From positions 48,360,001 to 48,424,000 of the forward strand of contig NC_043012.1 of NCBI RefSeq assembly GCF_006345805.1: a stretch of 64,000 nt of DNA, written 5' to 3'. This DNA is from Octopus sinensis (lineage: Eukaryota). Position 1 is the stretch's first letter. Every line of letters starts with the position of its first letter. The position numbers and the translations under genes are program-made. Below are positions 57,454 to 64,000 of this stretch, one piece after another. Under the pieces are notes generated by a model that saw nothing but the letters and a program-made list of their open reading frames with translations, searched no databases and was not told the DNA's origin.

Positions 57454-57929
57454 AAAGATGTTTTCATAAGTTGGATAGCGTTGTGCTCAAACGCTTCCAG
57501 CTAATTTATCCTCCTTCCAATTATCACGTGTATATCCCAGTACAGCACCTTAACACCGAAGCAATTACTCTCTAGAGTTTACTTTTCTATGTGTTTTTTC
57601 TGCACACTTGAAAATCGTCAAGCCACGTCGATTTCATCGAAGGCATGTGAAGTCTAGTGGTATAAACTGTCCTTCAGACTAAACCATAAAACAAATGGGT
57701 ATAATAATGCACCCGAGAAAGTCTGTTATATTCTATAGCACACTCAAGGTTAAGGAGGAAGGAGAAACAACTTGTCACCATAAGCGTGGAGGGACCACAC
57801 GTTGTAGGAAAAGTGAGCAACATCTTCAAATTTACAGTGACGACATTGTGTCAGTCTCCCAAAATACATAAATGTTCTTGAACTTAGAAACTGATCAGTT
57901 ATCAGTCAGAGAAGAATCTTTTCAACATC

Positions 57930-58290
57930 TGCTGAGAAAGCAATAATAAGCATAATGAAAACCGAAACATGAGCGATTTCAAAGAAACATTCCATTTCAT
58001 TCCACGCGATTGGATCTAAACCAGAGCTAAAAATAACAACATTTGGTTCAACCCACCTTTCAGTTTCAGTTTGGGGACAAATGTGAGAAAATACAAAAAT
58101 CAAATGTGCAAACAAAAGGCTAATCACCAAGCAATTCTCAACTTGTCTATGGGAATTTATGTTTGTATAGCCGAGCACAATCAAACAGATTAACTTTTGG
58201 GTATGGAAACCTAATCAAAGCCTACAGGCTATATATCTAAAATCCCACTGCCCATGGATGAAAATAGATGTATCTTCTGCTCTTTTTTAA
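57930..58290 (+). pseudogene. Degraded Penelope-like element ORF fragment (RT to GIY-YIG linker)
   Basis: One frame reads RAKNNNIWFNPPFSFSLGTNV, matching the PLE linker motif R(N/K)IIWFNPP(F/Y)S..V.TN. A frameshifted C-P-M-D-E-N (CPLDG.C-like) follows at about 58249-58268. Stops are present. Confidence 0.65.
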
Positions 58291-58713
58291 GATTGAGGAG
58301 GAAAGAAATGACAGAAATGAAATAATGATTGAATTTCTCATGTTCAAGTCAACTTGTGGCTACAACAGTTCCGTCAATTCCTGTTTGTCAGGACCCGAGA
58401 TACGTAGATGGAGATATGCACAACCGGTTCCTATGACGAAGTGCGTTTGTGAAGGTCAAATATCTACCTTTTTAATCATCATTAATACAGACACACGCGC
58501 GCACACACACATACGCGCGCACGCACACACACACACACACACACACGTAGGCTCGCACACATACACACACGTATGCTCACACACAAATACAAACACGTAG
58601 ACATATTTTGTCACCTGTGAAATACAGTCACTTGAAGTGTTGAAGTGTATGTAAGCATGCTCGTGTATAGGTGTATATACACGCATACACGCACATATAC
58701 ATACATACATACA

Positions 58714-58762
<49 letters not shown>

Positions 58763-59190
58763 TAAGGTATGTAGAAAAATACAACATGGACAAGAACGTA
58801 TAACTCAAGAAGACGACACAATAAACACGGACAGGACATTCGAAACCCTCAGTCTTCAGTCAAGAACCGGATCATCGTAGTAATTTCGGCTGATTAATCT
58901 TGAGATTACTAGATCACGGCCAGCCCTCCAAGAAAAACTAAGCAACGAGCATTAGAAAAACTAAGCTGGGAGCGTAGATTTCCTGGAAGAAGGATCGAAT
59001 GCATACGGACACCAGGACAGCAAAAGGGACGAATATAAAAAAACAAAAAAATAATGGAATACAGAAACATGAAATACAGAAGCATTAACGGTGAAAACAA
59101 CAACAAGTGTCTTACGACTGATAACAAGCAAACAAATTTTTTCTCTGGCGCGAGGAAAGGAGCCTTATAAATATATATATATATATATAT

Positions 59191-59985
59191 ATAGGATAAA
59201 ATCTCCATAAGAAATTATCAAGTAATTAGCGTGAAAAACCTCATAAGAGAAAAAAATTTGTAAATTTTTTCACTTGAATATATTTATAATATATAGAGGG
59301 CATTATTACACATAAATGCCGCACGCTAGGAGGGACTCTTAAAGTCAAAACTACCAAAATAAACATATCGTACCGAATGCAAGTTTCGAAGCGAGTCATT
59401 AAAAAACAGAATTTAGCTGCAGATCACCAGTGATTTCGTAATCAACGCAGTAAATGCGTCCCTTACTCATCAGTGACAGCGTGATTCAAGATTTATAATG
59501 AATGAACAAAATCAAGATACCAGACGAACAACCTAATAATGCCCTCTATATAATATAAATATATATATTCAATTGAAAAAATTTACAAATTTTGTCTCTT
59601 ATGAGGTTTTTCACGCTAACTACTTGATAATTTCTTATGAAGATTTTATCCTATTTTTAAATTATAAATTTTACCGGAATGATTCAATACTGAATTTTTA
59701 TTCCGAATAAGCAGGTTGTTACCGAAATGCAATTCGAAAAAGCCCGCCATTTACATAGATGTATAAGGGGTGAACAGTTCTATATGCTACGGTGGATACG
59801 ATGGTTGTTCGTCTGGTATGTTGATTTTGTTCATTCATTACAAATCAGCTAAATTCTGTTTTTAAATGACTTGCTTCGAGACTTGCATTCGGTACGATAT
59901 GTTTATTTTGGTAGTTTTGACTTTAAGAGTCCCTCCTAGCGTGCGGCATTTATGTGTAATAATGCCCTCTATATGATATAAATTT
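59191..59985. mobile_element. Rearranged hammerhead-bearing element (PLE pLTR/retrozyme-like): inverted Y+X copy followed by X-Z-Y(deleted)-X
   Basis: 59191-59308 is the reverse complement of 59534-59654. 59309-59533 is the reverse complement of 59803-59956 except for a 71-nt gap. The X start recurs at 59957. Confidence 0.85.
59416..59480 (-). ncRNA. Type I hammerhead ribozyme with perfect core and extended helix II
   Basis: GCTGTCA-CTGATGA-GTAA-gg-GACGCA-tttac-TGCGTT-ga-TTAC-GAA-ATCAC-tg-GTGAT-C|TGCAGC; predicted AUC cleavage between 59422 and 59421. Confidence 0.9.
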
Positions 59986-59986
59986 A

Positions 59987-60223
59987 TACTCTTTTACTCT
60001 TTTACTTCTTTCAGTCATTTTACTCTTTTATTTCTTTCAGTCATTTGACTGCGGCCATGCTGGAGCACCGCCTTTAGTCGAGCAAATCGACCCCGGGACT
60101 TATTCTTTGTAAGCCCAGTACTTATTCTATCAGTCTCTTTTGCCGAACCGCTAAGTGACGGGGACGTAAACAAACCAGCATCGGTTGTCAAGCAATGCTA
60201 GGGGTACAAACACAGACACACAA

Positions 60224-60317
<94 letters not shown>

Positions 60318-60480
60318 GACGGGCTTCTTTCAGTCTCCGTCTACCAAATCCACTCACAAGGCATTGGTCGGCCCGGGGCTATAGCAGAAGACACTTGCCC
60401 AAGATGCCACGCAGTGGGACTGAACCCGGAACCATGTGGTTGGTTAGCAAGCTACTTACCACACAGCCACTCCTGCGCCT
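59987..60480 (-). mobile_element. Composite tRNA-derived SINE family B with internal (TA)n
   Basis: Same head, core and tail as 54047-54497. Confidence 0.9.
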
Positions 60481-60636
60481 ATATATATATACTTTATTTA
60501 AAAGCAGCAGAAATTTAACAAAAGCTGTTACTCGGAGTTTCACATTCTGGTATTTGAGTACTCTTTTTTTCCACCTTGTTTCACATTTATGTGTTTACTC
60601 CGTATATATATATATATATATATATACATACAAATC

Positions 60637-60821
60637 AGAAAAGAAATGGAGCAACAATTAACAATTAGAAGTTGATCATTTCTATTAAAAGGTATTGGTA
60701 TTAATTGTTTGTTAAAAAACATTTACACCTGTTTCAGTTTGTTAGTTTTGAAGTAAATTTGCAGACCTTTTAATACCAATGATCAACTTCTAATTGTTAA
60801 TTGCTGCTCCATTTCTTTTCT
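60637..60821. repeat. Fold-back with ~57-bp arms around a ~70-bp spacer, adjacent to (TA)n
   Basis: AGAAAAGAAATGGAGCAACAATTAACAATTAGAAGTTGATCATT (60637-60680) matches the reverse complement of 60778-60821 with one mismatch; weaker pairing extends inward. Confidence 0.9.
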
Positions 60822-60970
60822 TATCTGAATATATTAAACCACGGTTTACCATTTAAATTACCAGCTACAGTGAAACTTATAGCAAAGCCTATACATATTA
60901 ACCTAATACACCAGTAGTGCCGACGGATGCATTTATCCCATAGACGCTTTCATAACCTTTAACTCATAAT

Positions 60971-61032
<62 letters not shown>

Positions 61033-61599
61033 TGTATGTATGTATGTATGTATGTATATGCATGTACATATTTAAGGTGCATTCCGTTAGGAACTTAGTA
61101 GAGTAGAAAATAGAGCTCGTTCACCCTTAGAATTACCAAATAACCGTTAGTATTACGTGATACTTCCAAGTCAATGTTTAGGCGTTCATCGGGTGTGAAA
61201 GTAAGATTGAATAAAATAGACTCAACAAGAAGTCTGGTGTTAGCCTCGAAGTCAAAGGTTTTCTAGCAGGGACAGCGATTGCATATCACCTGAGGAGATA
61301 CGACTGGATCCTATTATACGGGTAAACCGTTGCTTAATTTAAATCCTGTGTTTATATGGATCTATGTTGTATCGAAACATGTGTAGTGCTTATTAAAGAG
61401 TTGTCTAACCGTAATTCTCGTTGACTCTATCTTATTCAATATATATGTATGTAGATATGTATGTGCATACATATACGTGTATAAATGTATATATGTATGA
61501 ATTATGTACATATGCCTGAATGCATGCAAGCATGCATGCACGTACGTGTGTGCGTGATTGTATGTACGAATATCTCTTCTATTTTTTTTTTATTATCTT

Positions 61600-62085
61600 A
61601 AATCGTTCACTGAGGATGGAGCCGATATCCAACTAAGATAAAAGGCTCCATCTTTGGGATGTTGTTAACACACACAAATTCACACTTGGAACTTGAGTAA
61701 AGACTTGCATATTTTACTGTTCCACTCACAGATTGCACTTGTAATGTACGAATTTGCCGGTCTATTTCACTTTCTGAAAATCCCGGTTTATCCAGATTCT
61801 CCTTTAAGCACCTACTAACAAAACCTAGTACTCCAATTATTATTGGTATGAATATGAATTCCTAGTCTGTATATAGAAGCTGGAGGTTTCGAAGCAATTG
61901 TCCATATATATCTTTTTTTCTTTAATTTTCAATGAGATATTTATATCTGTAGGGCAGCTAACCTCTATGATGGTACATACCATTACTCGACAGTCTCAAA
62001 CAACAATATCCGGCCTGTTATGTTTACATTTGACAGAGGTTTTAATGGGAATATTCCACCAGTATCCCTTGAGTTGTTTATGAAT
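61600..62085 (-). mobile_element. RLE non-LTR retrotransposon 3' fragment with 3' UTR stem-loop (family 2)
   Basis: YWWNIPIKTSVKCKHNRPDIVV*DCRVMVCTIIEVSCPTDINISLKIKEKEDIYGQLLRNLQLLY..FIPIIIGVLGFVSRCL..QSVSGTVK..*, with the stop at 61680-61682. A 9-bp stem GATGGAGCC/GGCTCCATC lies at 61615-61652. Confidence 0.85.
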
Positions 62086-62192
62086 GTATTCCATAACAGA
62101 GGGATTTTCTAAATGTATGTATGAATGTATGTATGTATGTATATATGTATGTATGTGTATGTGTGTATATGTATGTATGTATGTATGTATTA

Positions 62193-62225
<33 letters not shown>

Positions 62226-62601
62226 ATGTATGTATGTATGTATGTATGTATGTATGTATTATGTATGTATGTGTGTATCTATGTATGTATGCACCAGATT
62301 TCTAACCTTTCAGTTTATAGGGGAAATGTTTGAGTATTTCTATATCGTACTGTGACTGCAAAGCGGAATAATACCGCCAAGATTTGAAATCACTTCAAGT
62401 TCCTTTCCAAGAAGAGGTCTACTTCTACTCTACGTTACACTTGATTCTATTGTTGAAATATAATAATTACGTGCGCACATGGTAACCTATGTCTATGTGT
62501 GTGTGTGTCAAAAACTGTGCTCAGATTAGATGTGTGTAAACGTGTCAGTGTTTGAGTATTTGGCGCATTTACGTTAACGTTTGCGCGCCCACACCCGTGT
62601 T

Positions 62602-62634
<33 letters not shown>

Positions 62635-63168
62635 TAAATGTTCAGATAAGTGCATTTCTGTGCTTAGATTGTGCTTTAGATTGCGGTAGTATGTGTATGC
62701 ATGTGTATTATATGCCAAGCAGAACTGGCGTATATAAATGTATGTAGTTGTGGGAAGGGGGGAAGAAAGGGAGAGAAGGAGAGAGAAACAGACAGACAGT
62801 GACAGAGAGGCAGACGGAGACAGAGAGAGTGAGTATCTGTTTCTGTCTGCACGTATACACAGCGAGTGTGCATGTGCGGAGGTGTTTCATGTATGAGTAT
62901 GTATGTGTGACTGACAATGTGTGAATGTGTAAGGATTTTGTTTATCCAATTACAGCTAATAATATAAAAGTCATTGTCTTCATTTATCTGTTTTTACAGT
63001 TGTAAATGCGAGAAAAACAGAATTTCATTCAACTCGATATCTAATTTGACCAACACAGCATATTGTGTACATATATGGATATCATACACTTATACTTGTC
63101 TCTCTCTGCTTACTCTCTCAGTTTAATCTCTCTCTCTCTCTCTCTGTGCGTGCGTACACACACACACG

Positions 63169-63236
<68 letters not shown>

Positions 63237-64000
63237 CGTGCATAGCACATACATTCATGCACGGAGATTGAAAGAAGTGCATGTATGCGTAGTGTGTCTG
63301 CGCATGGATATTTATACACACTTTTGTATATGTGTGCGTTACTGTGTGTCTAGATATCACATACATCCTTTGTCTGCTGATTTATATAAATGATGTGATA
63401 TTTTGTTTTTATTTTGTGTATGGATATCACTTATACTCGCCTGTGCTATCTTTATATATGCGACGTACGTGTGCGAGTTTGGTATCTGTGTATGGATATC
63501 ACACGCATATATACTTCTCATTGCTATAAGTGTGTATACACGAAATTGCTTATCTATGAAGAGAGAACACACACAAACACTTGTCTGTCTGTAATGTCTG
63601 CGTGTATATAAGTAATATTGTATGACAGAGTATAGATATCACACAGACTATTGTTTCTATTTGTGTAAAAATGTGTTGGATTATGTGCTTCTACTTAGTT
63701 ATCACACGAATATATTGCACTTCCATTGTCTGTCTTTATGTTTACGTGTAAGCGTGCCTCTGTATATGGATATTACGCACATGCAATTGGTTATACTATG
63801 TGTGTATATGAATGTAATCGTTTGTTTGCGTATACATATCACAAACATTTGTCTCTGCGTGTATATATATAATATTTTGTGAGATATATACGCCGTACGT
63901 CATACGCATACACTAAATGCGTATGCGTGTGATTGTACCTACATGCACAGTCCTGTGTAACTCAGCTTGTTTGTTTCTGTATCGTATATTCTTGCCGCTG

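Noticed and set aside
58830-58870. Minus-strand CTGAAGA...TTCGAATGTC hammerhead-like string (similar weak cases at about 40145-40185 and 61345-61385)
   Set aside because: Helix II and/or the core cannot be formed without several assumed mutations.
61610-61660. CTGAGGA followed by a 7-bp stem on the plus strand (hammerhead 5' half)
   Set aside because: No GAAA or helix III follows; better explained as the 3' UTR stem-loop of the minus-strand RLE LINE.

Overview
AT-rich, extremely repeat-dense eukaryotic DNA. The SINE/LINE families and the very high microsatellite load resemble an octopus or other cephalopod genome; this is an inference from repeat-family resemblance, not a database result. 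I could not support any host protein-coding exon, and almost all ORFs in the supplied track are translations of microsatellites. The only recognisable coding remnants are from retroelements: four fragments of restriction-like-endonuclease (RLE) non-LTR retrotransposons and one Penelope-like element (PLE) fragment. Other content includes many tRNA-derived SINEs (some in same-orientation chains), one TIR-bounded MITE and several fold-back structures. The main hidden signal is a set of type I hammerhead ribozyme motifs from at least four sequence-unrelated families, each with a different self-complementary helix III. Two have a perfect catalytic core (48002-48049 and 59416-59480, both minus strand). 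They sit in short elements whose tails end at TA/TG microsatellites and that often form inverted (snap-back) structures. One 59-bp perfect hairpin folds back exactly at ribozyme helix II, and one duplicated copy has lost almost exactly the ribozyme.
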